Below, in pieces: positions 1 to 10,600 of a DNA stretch of 64,000 bases (the stretch's first letter is position 1; every line of letters starts with the position of its first letter). The notes below the pieces were generated by a model, which worked only from the letters and a program-made list of their open reading frames with translations, did no database searches and was not told the DNA's origin. The DNA is from an uncultured Alphaproteobacteria bacterium. Lineage in GTDB: Bacteria; Pseudomonadota; Alphaproteobacteria; Rhizobiales; Kaistiaceae. Both the position numbers and the translations under genes were made by a program. The DNA lies in the NCBI GenBank assembly GCA_963749755.1, contig CAVVOK010000010.1:101301-165300 (forward strand). The letters are read 5' to 3'.

Positions 1-674
1 AACTCCAGGCCCTTGTTCATCAGCGTCGCGGAATCGACGCTGATCTTCCGCCCCATCGGCCAGGTCGGGTGCGCCACGGCTTCCGCCGGCGTCGCGTGCG
101 CCATTCGGTCGCGGCTCCACTCGCGGAAGGGACCGCCGGACGCGGTGAGCACGATCCGCTCGATCGTCTGGCCCCCGCGGCCCGAGAGAATCTGGAAGAT
201 CGCGTTGTGTTCTGAATCGACCGGCAGGATTGGAACGCCGGCGGTCTTGGCTGCCTTGATGAACAGCCCGCCGCCCGACACCAGGCACTCCTTGTTGGCG
301 AGCGCCACCGGCGTCCCGGCGACGATTGCGGCGTAGGTCGGCGCCAGTCCCGCTGCCCCGACGATCGCGCCGACCACCAGGTCGGCGGGTCGGCCGGCGG
401 CCTCCACCACCGCCTCCGCACCGGCGGTCGCTTCGATGTCACTGCCGGCAAGCGCCTCTTTCAGCGCGCCGTATGCGGAAGGATCCGCGATCGCCGCCAA
501 CCGCGCGCCCGAAGTGCGCGCGATGCGGGCGAGTTTGACCACGTCGGAATTGGCGGTCACCGCCTCCACCTGGAAGGCGCCCGGCCGCGCGGCGATGACT
601 TGCAGCGTGCTGGTCCCGATCGAACCGGTCGCGCCCAGGATCGTGATGCGGCGCGGGGCCGCCGCGACGCCCAT
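1..674 (-). CDS. dxr: 1-deoxy-D-xylulose 5-phosphate reductoisomerase, N-terminal 224 codons; the 3' end runs off the left edge
   Basis: My own minus-strand translation reads MGVAAAPRRITILGATGSIGTSTLQV..LANKECLVSGGGLF..PVDSEHNAIFQ..HPTWPMGRKISVDSATLMNKGLE with no interruption. It is absent from the ORF track because no stop lies inside the window. An alternative GTG at 707 overlaps the cdsA stop (GTGA). Confidence 0.9.
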   Translation of the reverse strand, partial: MGVAAAPRRITILGATGSIGTSTLQVIAARPGAFQVEAVTANSDVVKLARIARTSGARLAAIADPSAYGALKEALAGSDIEATAGAEAVVEAAGRPADLVVGAIVGAAGLAPTYAAIVAGTPVALANKECLVSGGGLFIKAAKTAGVPILPVDSEHNAIFQILSGRGGQTIERIVLTASGGPFREWSRDRMAHATPAEAVAHPTWPMGRKISVDSATLMNKGLE

Positions 675-703
675 CGGCGCGTGCAAAGTCGCGGTCCCGG
701 CGC

Positions 704-1546
704 TCACCATTGCAGGAGCCCCACTGCGACGCCCGATGCTCCGCCGTGGATCCAGCCGATCGCCAGCGCCAGCGCCGCGGCGAAGACGAGGCCGTCCACC
801 CGATCCATCAGACCGCCATGACCTGGGATCAGGTGGCCGGAATCCTTGGCGCCGACTTGGCGCTTCACCCACGACTCGAAGAGATCGCCGCCCTGCGCGG
901 CGAGGCACAGCACCGCGAGGACGGCCATAAGTGCCACGCTGAGCGGCACGCCCAGGACCGCGGACGCCACCGCCCCGGCGCCGACGCCGGCCACCAGCCC
1001 CGTCACGGCCCCGGCCCAAGTCTTGTTGGGCGATACCGACGGCCGGAGCCGCGGTCCCCCGATCGCACGCCCGCCCAGAAACGCGCCGGTGTCCGTCGCC
1101 CAGACCGTCGCGAACAGAACCACCACCGCCGCGAATCCAAGGCCCGGCGCGTAGCGGAGAGTGAGCAGCGCGAAGCCGAACGTCGCGGCGTACGCGACCC
1201 CGATCGGCCGCCACACCTGCCCGCTCGACACCACTGCCACGCCCACGGCCGTCGCCGCCAGCACCCAGCCGGTCGGCAGCAGGCCGCCGCCGGCGAACGC
1301 GAGCGCGATGACCAGCCCACCCGTGTAGAGCGCGGCCGGCCACGGCGACGGCTCCGTCAGCCCGATCCATTCGACGTGCACGATGACAACGAGCACCGCC
1401 ATGACAACCGCCGCCACCCAGCCACCGAGCCAGGCCGCCGCCAGCGCGATCGCGGCCAGGAGGAATCCCGAGCCGAGCCGCGCCACGAGGCCCGAGCCCC
1501 AGCCCGGGGACGTGGGCCCGCGCTCGCTGATCCCTTGCGCGCTCAC
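704..1546 (-). CDS. cdsA: phosphatidate cytidylyltransferase
   Basis: ORF 704..1642 carries the SPNKTWAG and GDLFESWVKRQVGAKDSGHLIPGHGGLMDRVDG motifs and is polytopic and hydrophobic. I placed the start at GTG 1546, which overlaps the uppS stop (GTGA). The ATG at 1642 would overlap uppS by about 100 nt. Confidence 0.85.
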   Translation of the reverse strand: MSAQGISERGPTSPGWGSGLVARLGSGFLLAAIALAAAWLGGWVAAVVMAVLVVIVHVEWIGLTEPSPWPAALYTGGLVIALAFAGGGLLPTGWVLAATAVGVAVVSSGQVWRPIGVAYAATFGFALLTLRYAPGLGFAAVVVLFATVWATDTGAFLGGRAIGGPRLRPSVSPNKTWAGAVTGLVAGVGAGAVASAVLGVPLSVALMAVLAVLCLAAQGGDLFESWVKRQVGAKDSGHLIPGHGGLMDRVDGLVFAAALALAIGWIHGGASGVAVGLLQW

Positions 1547-2307
1547 CCGATGTTCCGCCCTTTCACGCCGCCATAGCGGCGCGAGCGCGTCGCGAATTCC
1601 TCGATCGCGCTGCGAAGCTCTTCCCGGCCGAAGTCGGGCCAAAAAACCGGCAGAAACACGAACTCAGCGTAAGCCGACTGCCACAACAGAAAGTTACTGA
1701 TCCGGAGTTCCCCGCTTGTGCGGATGACGAGGTCGGGGTCGGGGAACCGGCTTGTGTCCAGGTGGTCGCTGATCGTCGCTTCGTCGATATCCTCCGGCGC
1801 GATCCGACCGTCCTTCACCGCCTCTGCGATGTCCTTGACGGCGCGCGTGATTTCGTCGCGGCTGCCGTAGTTGAACGCGAAGACGAGGTGGAGCTGCCGG
1901 TTCGTCGCCGTCAGCGCCTCCGTCTCTTCGATCATCGCCAAGATGTCGGGCGGAAGGCCGCCACGACGGCCGATCACGCTGACCTTGGCACCCTGCTCGT
2001 GCAGCTCTGCCACGTCGCGCCGGATATAGAGTCGGAAGAGCCCGAAGAGGAAATCGACTTCCGATTGCGGCCGTGTCCAGTTCTCCGAGGAGAAGCTGAA
2101 CAGCGTCACGTGGCGGATGCCGATCTCGATCGCCGCCTTGACCGTCTGTCGTACGGCCTCGACGCCGCGCCGGTGCCCCTCGCCACGCGGCAGGCCACGC
2201 GCGGCTGCCCATCGCCCGTTGCCGTCCATGATGATCGCGACGTGACGCGGCTTGGCGTCCGTGTCGCCCGGTGATGGCGCCGCATTGGATTCGGCTAGGG
2301 TCGACAT
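1543..2307 (-). CDS. uppS: undecaprenyl-diphosphate synthase (cis-prenyltransferase)
   Basis: ORF 1543..2349 carries HVAIIMDGNGRWA and ISNFLLWQSAYAEF motifs. The start is taken at the second Met (MSTLAES..). Confidence 0.9.
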   Translation of the reverse strand: MSTLAESNAAPSPGDTDAKPRHVAIIMDGNGRWAAARGLPRGEGHRRGVEAVRQTVKAAIEIGIRHVTLFSFSSENWTRPQSEVDFLFGLFRLYIRRDVAELHEQGAKVSVIGRRGGLPPDILAMIEETEALTATNRQLHLVFAFNYGSRDEITRAVKDIAEAVKDGRIAPEDIDEATISDHLDTSRFPDPDLVIRTSGELRISNFLLWQSAYAEFVFLPVFWPDFGREELRSAIEEFATRSRRYGGVKGRNIG

Positions 2308-2314
2308 CGGCGTC

Positions 2315-2864
2315 TCAGATCTGAGTGATCTCGCCTTCCTTATCAGCAAGCATGCGATCGACCTCGGAAATCATTTCACCGGTCAGCTTCTGGATCTCGT
2401 CGGCGAGCTTATGGTGCTGGTCCTCGCTCATCCCGCCGTCCTTCTCCTCCTTCTTCAGGTGGTCGAGCCCGTCGCGTCGCACGTGGCGGATCGCCACCCG
2501 CGCCTGCTCGGCGTACTTGTGCGCCACCTTGACGAGTTCCTGCCGCCGGTCGGCCGTCAGGTCGGGGATCGGGATGCGCAACAGCGTCCCTTCCGAGATC
2601 GGGTTGAGTCCGAGGTTCGACTTCGCGGATGGCGCGGTCGACCGCCGCCACGTTGGATTTGTCCCACACCTGGACGGACAACATGCGCGGTTCGGGAACG
2701 CTCACCGTGGCGACCTGCGCGATCGGCATGTTGGAGCCGTATGCGTTGACCTGGATCGGTTCGAGCAGGCTGGTGGATGCGCGGCCAGTCCTGAGCCCCG
2801 CGAGCTCCGTCTTGAACACCGACACGGCGCCATGCATGCGGCGGCTAAGTTCAGAAATGTCCAT
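2315..2864 (-). CDS. frr: ribosome recycling factor, interrupted by one apparent 1-nt insertion near 2621
   Basis: The N-terminal part is in ORF 2409..2864 ([24 protein letters not shown]). The C-terminal part is in ORF 2315..2581 ([17 protein letters not shown]..). Removing one base near 2621 joins them as AIRE|[19 protein letters not shown], which is colinear with E. coli Frr. Confidence 0.85.
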
Positions 2865-2968
2865 CTCGCTCCCATCTCACCGAATTCGGGCGTCAAATCC
2901 ATTCCAGGCCACGCCACCGCGCCGCCCGCCAGGAACCGCGCAAGACCGCCGCCGCAAGGTCCGCGGGC

Positions 2969-3688
2969 TCAGTCGTCCTCGACGACCGTGGCCCGGCCTC
3001 CACCCGACAGGATATCAATGAAAGCGCCGGATTGCAGGATCGAAAACACCACCACCGGGATATGATTGTCGCGTGCCAGCGCCACCGCCGCGGTGTCCAT
3101 CACCGCCAGGCCTTTGGCCAACACCTCCGTGTGCGTCAGCCGGTCGAAGCGGGCCGCCGTCTTGTCCCGCTTGGGGTCGGCGGAATAGATGCCGTCCACC
3201 TGCGTCCCCTTGAACAGCGCGTCGCAGCTGAGCTCCGCCGCCCGCAGCGCTGCCCCGGAATCGGTCGTGAAGAACGGGTTGCCGGTGCCGCCGGCGAGCA
3301 ACAGCACGTGTCCATGCTCGAACGCCCTCTCCGCCCTCCGCTGGCTGAACGTTTCGCAGATTGTCGGCATCGGCACGGCCGAGAATAGCCGCGGCTCCAG
3401 CCCCTTGCGCGCCAACCCCTCGGCGAGCGCGATGGCGTTCATCACCGTGGCGAGCATGCCCATCTGGTCGCCCGCGACGCGGTTGCCGCCGGCATCCGCG
3501 ATCGCCATGCCGCGGAAGATATTGCCACCACCCGGAACGACCGCGACCTTGACGCCAAGTGCCGCCGCCTCGGCAATCTCCCCCGCCAGGCGGTCCACGA
3601 CCGCCCTATCGATGCCAAAGGATTGGCCGCCAAGCAGCGCTTCGCCGGAGAGTTTGAGGAGAACCCTCTTGTAGCGGAGCGCCGTCAT
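2969..3688 (-). CDS. pyrH: UMP kinase
   Basis: ORF 2969..3730 carries KRVLLKLSGEAL, GGGNIFRG and TGNPFFTTDSGAALRA. The start is taken at MTALRYKR. Confidence 0.93.
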   Translation of the reverse strand: MTALRYKRVLLKLSGEALLGGQSFGIDRAVVDRLAGEIAEAAALGVKVAVVPGGGNIFRGMAIADAGGNRVAGDQMGMLATVMNAIALAEGLARKGLEPRLFSAVPMPTICETFSQRRAERAFEHGHVLLLAGGTGNPFFTTDSGAALRAAELSCDALFKGTQVDGIYSADPKRDKTAARFDRLTHTEVLAKGLAVMDTAAVALARDNHIPVVVFSILQSGAFIDILSGGGRATVVEDD

Positions 3689-3790
3689 CGTCCCAACTCG
3701 TTCGCTTGAGGAGCGGCGACCCCGATACACGAAGCCCGCCGGGCTGTCACGGCTGCGCCGCCGCCCTGCGATCCCGAAAGCTTCGCCGGC

Positions 3791-4717
3791 TCAGTGACCG
3801 CCGGCCGCCGCCGCGACCTCGGCCGCGAAATCCGCGGTCTTCTTCTCGATGCCTTCACCGAGGCGGAAGCAGATGAATTCGCTGACCGCGATCGGCGCGC
3901 CCACCGCGATCTCGGCCGCCTTCAGCGCCTTCTCGACGGTCTTCTCGGTATCCACGACGAAGATCTGGGACAGCAGCACCACTTCCTCGTGGAACTTGCG
4001 CATCCGGCCTTCCACCATCTTGTCGATGATCGCCTCGGGCTTGCCGGATTCCCTTGCCTGTTCGGCGAAAACGGCCCGCTCGCGCTCGACCACCGCAGGC
4101 TCAAGATCTTCCACGCGGAGCGCTAGCGGCGCCGCGGCCGCGACATGCATCGCCACCTGCTTGCCGATCTGCGACAAAGGCTCGCTCTCGCCGCCGGACT
4201 CGACGCCCACCAGCACTCCAATCTTGCCGAGGCCCGGCGCGACCGCGCTGTGCACGTAGCTCGCGACCACGCCGCTCTGCACCTCGACCACCGCCGCGCG
4301 GCGGAGCGAAATGTTCTCGCCGATCGTCGCGATCGCCGCCTTGATGGCGTCGTCCACCGTATCGCCGCCACCCGGCATCTTGGCGGCGAGGATCGCGTCG
4401 AGCGCACCGTCGGTGGCAAGGGCCGTTTCGGCGATGCCCGTCGCGAGCGCCTGGAAGTCCGGGTTGCGCGCGACGAAATCGGTCTCCGAGTTGACCTCCA
4501 CCATCGCGGCGCGGCGGCCCGCGCTCGCCACGGCGATGACGCCTTCGGCCGCGATGCGCCCGGCCTTCTTCGCCGCTTTGGCGAGCCCTTTGGCGCGCAG
4601 CCAATCGATCGCCGCCTCCATGTCGCCGGCCGTCTCGGTCAGCGCCGACTTGCAGTCCATCATGCCGGCGCCCGTCTTGTCGCGCAGCTCCTTCACCATT
4701 CCTGCCGAGATGTTCAT
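3791..4717 (-). CDS. tsf: translation elongation factor Ts
   Basis: A 308-aa ORF with the [27 protein letters not shown]-terminal signature. It lies immediately downstream of rpsB. Confidence 0.95.
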   Translation of the reverse strand: MNISAGMVKELRDKTGAGMMDCKSALTETAGDMEAAIDWLRAKGLAKAAKKAGRIAAEGVIAVASAGRRAAMVEVNSETDFVARNPDFQALATGIAETALATDGALDAILAAKMPGGGDTVDDAIKAAIATIGENISLRRAAVVEVQSGVVASYVHSAVAPGLGKIGVLVGVESGGESEPLSQIGKQVAMHVAAAAPLALRVEDLEPAVVERERAVFAEQARESGKPEAIIDKMVEGRMRKFHEEVVLLSQIFVVDTEKTVEKALKAAEIAVGAPIAVSEFICFRLGEGIEKKTADFAAEVAAAAGGH

Positions 4718-4770
4718 GACGGCCTTCCTCGCAAATTTCGATGTCTGTTGAGCGACGCCCGGGCGGCGCC

Positions 4771-5853
4771 CTAGCTCGGTTCGCCGAGCTTCCGCGCCTG
4801 GCCGATCCAGTCGTCGCGCCCGATGCGGCCCTTCAGGTTCAACGCCATGTCGATCTTGCCGATGTCGTCGTCGCTGAGGCCCGCGATTTGATTGAGCTTG
4901 GTGATGCCGAGGCCATTGAGCTTCTTCTCCAGCACCGGCCCAACTCCGGTGATCTTCTTCAAGTCGTCCGCGTCGCCGGACGGCGCCACGAACAGCACCT
5001 CGAGAGCCGCTTCCTCGGCCGGCGCTTCGCGCGGCGAAAGTTGCGGCTCCACCGCCTCAGCGTCCGCCATGCCGGCGTCGGCGCCGTTCGGCTTCGCTGC
5101 CGGCTCCAGGATCGTCGGCTCCTCGACCGTTTCGGCTTCGCCGATGTCGATACCCGCCTCGCCCTGCGCCCGGCCGATGCCATCGATTGCCGCCTTGGCG
5201 ATGAGGTCGCAGTAGAGCGTGATCGCGCGGCCGGCATCGTCGTTGCCCGGGATCGGGAACGTGATGTTGTCCGGGTCGCAGTTGGAATCGACGATCGCCG
5301 CGACCGGGATGTTCAGCCGGTTCGCCTCCTGGATCGCGATCGCCTCCTTGTTGGTGTCGATCACGAACACCAGGTCCGGCACGCCGCCCATGTCCTTGAT
5401 GCCGCCGAGCGCCTTCTCCAGCTTGTCGCGCTCGCGCGTCAGCGTGAGGCGTTCCTTCTTCGTGAGCCCCTGCGCGTCGCCGGCGAGCAATTGGTCGAGA
5501 TCGCGCAACCGCTGGATCGAGCGCGAGATCGTTTTCCAGTTGGTCAGCATGCCGCCGAGCCAGCGAGCGTTGACGAAGTACTGCGCCGAGCGCCTGGCCG
5601 CGGCCATGATAGGCTCCGACGCTTGGCGCTTGGTGCCCACGAACAGGATGCGACCGCCGCCGGCCACCGTGTCGCTCACCTGCTGCAACGCGCGGTAGAG
5701 CATGGGTACGGTCTGGGCGAGGTCAATGATGTGGATGTTGTTGCGGACGCCGTAGATGTACGACGCCATCTTCGGGTTCCAGCGATGCTTCTGATGGCCG
5801 AAGTGCACGCCGGCCTCGAGAAGCTGGCGCATTGTAAAATCGGGCAGTGCCAT
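4771..5853 (-). CDS. rpsB: 30S ribosomal protein S2 with a long C-terminal extension
   Basis: The N-terminus [29 protein letters not shown].. is the S2 core. At 360 aa it is about 105 aa longer than typical S2, and it ends in a helix-hairpin-helix-like segment. Confidence 0.95.
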   Translation of the reverse strand: MALPDFTMRQLLEAGVHFGHQKHRWNPKMASYIYGVRNNIHIIDLAQTVPMLYRALQQVSDTVAGGGRILFVGTKRQASEPIMAAARRSAQYFVNARWLGGMLTNWKTISRSIQRLRDLDQLLAGDAQGLTKKERLTLTRERDKLEKALGGIKDMGGVPDLVFVIDTNKEAIAIQEANRLNIPVAAIVDSNCDPDNITFPIPGNDDAGRAITLYCDLIAKAAIDGIGRAQGEAGIDIGEAETVEEPTILEPAAKPNGADAGMADAEAVEPQLSPREAPAEEAALEVLFVAPSGDADDLKKITGVGPVLEKKLNGLGITKLNQIAGLSDDDIGKIDMALNLKGRIGRDDWIGQARKLGEPS

Positions 5854-5988
5854 GACTACCTGTCTCCTTCACCGGTTCTGCCGCCGCGAGGATGTGGCGT
5901 ATTGCCACCGCCCTTTCGGGCACCGGTCGGATCGCGGCCAGCCCCAAGCTGGCGCGCGAGCCTACCCTCGCGTGTGAGATGGCAGGGC

Positions 5989-6017
5989 TTATAGGTGCCC
6001 TACCGTCGGTTGGCAAG
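5989..6017 (-). promoter_or_regulatory. predicted sigma70-type promoter for rpsB-tsf
   Basis: The minus strand reads CTTGCC-17 nt-CTATAA about 135 nt upstream of the rpsB ATG. This resembles the alphaproteobacterial consensus CTTGAC-N17-CTATAT. It is a sequence match only. Confidence 0.4.
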
Positions 6018-6050
6018 CCGGCGCCGCTCCCGCGGAGGCGGCCGAGGCGC

Positions 6051-7328
6051 CTATTCGCCGGGGACCGCGGCATCGGCCGCGGGGCGCATGCCCCTTTCCT
6101 CCATCTCTCTCTCGATATCGCCCAGCGGCTCGTCGTAGATCGTGGACTCGAAGGCCCTGAGGCGCTTGTAGATCGAGATCAGGTCGATGATCGTCGTCCA
6201 GGCGTTGACCAGGTATTGGAAGGACGACCGCACCTGTTCGAACGCGTTCAGGATCTGGTTCATCACCCCGAGGGTGATTTTGCCCGCAACGATCGTCGGC
6301 GCGAGGATGATGTAGGGGAAGATCGTGTCCGTCTGCAGGTACACGATGCGGCCGACGTTGAAGTACATGTAGTTGAAATAGATACGGAAATAGTTGCGGC
6401 GCACGTTCTGGAACAGCTCCGCAACCGTCGGCGGCTGCGCGCGGCTTGCATCGTCTTCGCCGTAGACCAGCTCCTTGCGGTAGGCGGCCTCCACTCGCTG
6501 GTTGCGGAACTCGAGCCCCGGCAGGCGAATGCCGATGACGGCGAGGAACCCGGTCCCGAAAATCGACCAGACGATGGCGACAATCACCAGCGCGTTCGGC
6601 AGCGCCCCGATGATCGGAATTTCACTGACGTTCTCCGATAGCCGCATTAGCACCGGCAGGAATGCGAACAGCGTCATCACCGAATTGACCAGGCTGACGC
6701 TCAGCACCTCGAGCGTGGACGAGAAGCGCATCGTGTCTTCCTGAACGCGCTGCGACGCGCCTTCGATGGTGCGGAGCCGCGGCCAATGCACGATGTAGTA
6801 GTTGTTCATCGCCGTCCGCCAGCGGAAGATGTAGTGGCTGACGAAGAAGCGCGTCAGCACGCCGATGAACACCGCGACGAATGCGATCTCCGCGAAAATC
6901 ACGAGGAACGAGAAGTACTCTCCGATCGAGACATCGCGGCTCTTGCTGAGCGCCGCCTGGATCAGGTCGTAAAAGGGCCCGTACCAGTTGTTGATTGCGA
7001 CGCTCACCTGGACCTGGAAATAGGTGGTGAAGATGATGAGCGCGGATCCGAGGATCGACCAGTTGGCCCACGGGTGCGGGTCGTAATACCGCCAGAAGGC
7101 GTAGAACAGCAGCGCGACCACCGCGTAGTACAGATAAAAAAACAGGAAATCCGGCTGCCAGAACACCTGCACGCCGACGATGGGTTCGGCGTCCGGCGGC
7201 GGCATGGCGAACCCGAGGGCGGTGGCTATGCCCTCGCCGAACATGTACCAGATGGCGATGCTCACGACGGTCCAGATCACCGCCGACAGAAAGAATGGCC
7301 TGGGGTTCGGAAAAAACGAAACGAACAT
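6051..7328 (-). CDS. sbmA: SbmA/BacA-family inner-membrane peptide transporter
   Basis: The 425-aa ORF is colinear with E. coli SbmA: [16 protein letters not shown].., [58 protein letters not shown]. Confidence 0.9.
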   Translation of the reverse strand: MFVSFFPNPRPFFLSAVIWTVVSIAIWYMFGEGIATALGFAMPPPDAEPIVGVQVFWQPDFLFFYLYYAVVALLFYAFWRYYDPHPWANWSILGSALIIFTTYFQVQVSVAINNWYGPFYDLIQAALSKSRDVSIGEYFSFLVIFAEIAFVAVFIGVLTRFFVSHYIFRWRTAMNNYYIVHWPRLRTIEGASQRVQEDTMRFSSTLEVLSVSLVNSVMTLFAFLPVLMRLSENVSEIPIIGALPNALVIVAIVWSIFGTGFLAVIGIRLPGLEFRNQRVEAAYRKELVYGEDDASRAQPPTVAELFQNVRRNYFRIYFNYMYFNVGRIVYLQTDTIFPYIILAPTIVAGKITLGVMNQILNAFEQVRSSFQYLVNAWTTIIDLISIYKRLRAFESTIYDEPLGDIEREMEERGMRPAADAAVPGE

Positions 7329-7643
7329 CGCAGCCTCTCACCGCGCCATGCCGGCGCTGTTCCAGCGTCCCAAGGTGGGGCCCGAAGGCAACTCACCCCT
7401 AAGGTCCCGGCCGCCGATCGCGCGAAACGCGATGCCACGGCCGGACCTCTCCGAATCCAGCGTTACCCGCCAGTTCAGACAAAGCAATGCTATACCAGTC
7501 CGTGAGCGGCCGCGCCTCCCACCGTATTCGGGAGACATCGTCGTTTTGCATCCGGTCTTGCGTGGAAGATGGTCCCCATCTCTACGGGGGCGCGCCGGTA
7601 TTACCGCCTCGCTCCCCCGTTACCGTCGCCACGCCGGAAGGTC

Positions 7644-10600
7644 TCAGACCAACTCAACCTCGACCACGCCTTCGACGGCGCGGAGCGCGCTCGCGATCTG
7701 CGGCGTGACGGCGCACCGCCCCGGTAGCCGCATCTCGACCTCCTGACGGCCACCGTCGAGAACGAGCACGAGGCTCGCCTCGCCTTCGCCGCGCCCCCCA
7801 AGGTGCCGCTCGACCGCAGCCAGCGGTGCCGTGTCGTTGAGGAACACCCTGAGCCGCGTCAGGCCCGCCATCACCTTGTCAAGCGACTCGACCGATTGGA
7901 TGCGGAGGTTGATCCCTTCCGGCCGGTCCTCGGCGCCGACCAGAACCACCACCGACCGCCCCGGCTCGATCAGGTCGCGGTATTCGGCAAGGCCTTCCGA
8001 GAACAAGACCGCCTCGTACGACCCCGTCGGGTCTGAGAGTTGCACCACGGCCATGCGGTTGCCGGAGCGAATGCGGCGCTCCTGCCGCGCGGTCACGGTG
8101 CCGGCGAGCCGTCCGGCGGTCGCGCCGTTGCGCACCGCGTCGGCGAAGCTCGCCCAGTTTTGCACACGCATCCTTTCCAGCACCGTGCGGTATTCATCCA
8201 ACGGGTGCGCCGACAGGTAGAACCCCACTGCGGCATGCTCCCGCGCGAGCTTTTCCGCCGGCAGCCACGGCTCGACCGCCGGCAGAAGCAGCGGCCGCCG
8301 CTCCTCCATTCCACCGAATATGTCGCCCTGCCCGACCGCCGCGCTCTCCGATGCGTGGCTCGCAAGCCCAAGGATTCGGTCGCTTCCGGCGGTCAGCCGC
8401 GCCCGGTCCGGCTCCAGTTCGTCCAGCGCGCCCGCGGCGATGAGGCTCTCCAGCACCCGCTTGTTGACGATCTTCGGATTGATGCGCCGGCCGAAATCCG
8501 CCAAGTCCCGGAACGGCTTGTCGCCCCGGACTTCCACGAGGTGCTCGACCGCCTGCGCGCCGACGCCCCTGAGCGCCGCCAGCGAATAAAGGATGCGCCC
8601 GTCCGCCACGTCGAAATCGACGCCGGAGCGGTTGACCGAAGGCGCTTCCACCTGAATTCCGAGCCGCAGCGCCTCGCGGCGGAATTCCGCGATTTTGTCG
8701 GTGTTCCCGGTTTCGAGCGTCAGCGACGCCGCCATGAACTCCGCCGGGTAGTTCGCCTTCACATAGGCGGTTTGGTACGTGATCAGCGCGTACGGCGCCG
8801 AGTGCGACTTGTTGAAGCCGTACTCCGCGAACTTCGCGCACGCGTCGAAAATGGTGTTGGCGGTCTCCTTGTCCACGCCGCGCTCGATTGCACCGGCGAG
8901 GAAGCGGTCGCGCTGCGCGGCCATCTCCGCCTTGATCTTCTTGCCCATGGCGCGGCGCAGAAGATCGGCCTCCGCGAGCGTGTAACCGGCGAGATCGCGC
9001 GCGATCTGCTGCACCTGCTCCTGATACGTGATGATGCCGTACGTCGCCGCGAGGATGGGCTCGAGCTTGGGATGGATATAATCGACCGCCTCGCGCCCGA
9101 GCTTGCGCGCGCAATAGCTCGGGATATTCGCCATCGGCCCCGGCCGGTAGAGCGCAACCAGCGCGATCAGGTCCTCAAAGCGATCCGGCCGCATGTCGAC
9201 CAACGCGCGCCGCATGCCCGCGCTTTCAACCTGGAACACGCCGACCGTCTCGCCACGCCGCAGCATGTCGAACGATTTCTCGTCGCCTAGCGGGATGCGG
9301 GAGAGGTCGATTTCGACGCCCCGCCGCCGGACGTTCTTCACCGCCAGGTCGAGCACCGTCAGCGTCTTTAGGCCGAGGAAGTCGAACTTGACCAGCCCCG
9401 CCTGTTCGACCCACTTCATGTTGAACTGGCTGACCGCCATGCCGGAGCGCGGATCGCGGTAGAGCGGAACCAGTTCGATCAGCGGCCGGTCGCCGATAAC
9501 GATGCCGGCGGCGTGCGTCGAGGCATGGCGGTAAAGGCCCTCGAGTTTCTGCGCGATCATGAGCAGCCGGCCGACCAGCGGGTCCGCGTCGCTCTCCGCC
9601 TGGAAGCGCGGCTCGTCGGCGATGGCCTTGTCGAGGTGGACTGGGTTTGCCGGGTTGAACGGCACCATCTTGGCGAGCCGATCAACTTGCCCGTAAGGCA
9701 TCTGCAGCACGCGGCCGACGTCGCGCAGAACCGCTCGCGCCTGCAGCGTCCCGAAGGTAATGATCTGCGCCACTTGTTCTGCGCCGTACTTCGCCTCCAC
9801 GTAGCGGAGCACCTCGTCGCGCCGGTTCTGGCAGAAGTCGACGTCGAAGTCGGGCATCGACACGCGCTCGGGATTGAGGAAGCGCTCGAAGAGCAGCGAG
9901 AAGCGCAGCGGATCGAGATCGGTGATGGTCAGCGCCCACGCGACCACCGACCCGGCGCCGGAGCCGCGACCAGGCCCGACCGGGATCCCTTGCGCCTTTG
10001 CCCACTGGATGAAGTCCGCGACGATCAGGAAGTACCCCTGGTACTTCATGTCAACGATGACCCCGAGCTCGTAGTCGAGCCGCTCGCGGTAATCCTGTTC
10101 GGTCAGCCCCGGCGCGAGGCCGTGCGTGGCGAGCCGCTTGGCGAGCCCCGCGGTCGCTTGCTCGCGGAGGATCGCCGCCTCGGCCCGGTCTGTCTCCTCC
10201 GGGTCCGCGCCGCCGACGGCAAACCGCGGCAGGATCGGCCTCTGCGTCCGCGGCCACCAGTTGGAGCGCATCGCGATCTCGACGGTGTTGTCGACGGCCT
10301 CGCCGAGATCGCTGAAGACGGCGGCCATCTCGGCGCGAGTCTTGAAGAAGTGCTCCTCGGTCAACCGCCGCCGCTTGTCGTCCGAGATGACCGTGCCTTC
10401 GGCGATGGCGATCAGCGCATCGTGCGCCTCGTAGTCGCCGCGCGCGGCGAAGAACGGCTCGTTGGTCGCCACCAACGACAGTCCGCGCGCGTAGGCGAGT
10501 TCGACCAGCACAGGCTCAACCGCCTGCTCGACCGGAAGCCCGTGGCGCTGCAGTTCCACGTAGAGCCGGTCGCCGAAGGCGTCGGTGAGCCCCGACAGGC

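Noticed and set aside
4741-5994. Long antisense or alternate-frame ORFs throughout the window, e.g. 4741..5994(+), 9513..11003(+), 15504..17195(+), 19775..21124(+), 29811..31379(+), 33975..35201(-), 37733..38962(-), 57560..58774(+), 18282..19754(-), 33344..35011(+)
   Set aside because: All lie opposite or out of frame to strongly recognisable genes. Their composition is Arg/Ala/Gly/Pro-rich with no motifs, as expected from stop-codon scarcity in high-GC DNA.
7329-7643. A cobalamin (or TPP, SAM-II or glycine) riboswitch call upstream of the sbmA-like gene
   Set aside because: The defining conserved blocks are not present as such: GGGAA..GGTGAAAATCC..CCCGCCACTGT for B12, CTGAGA..ACCTGATCTGGATAATGCCAGCG for TPP. 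Only a loose resemblance remains, so it is reported as an unclassified leader.
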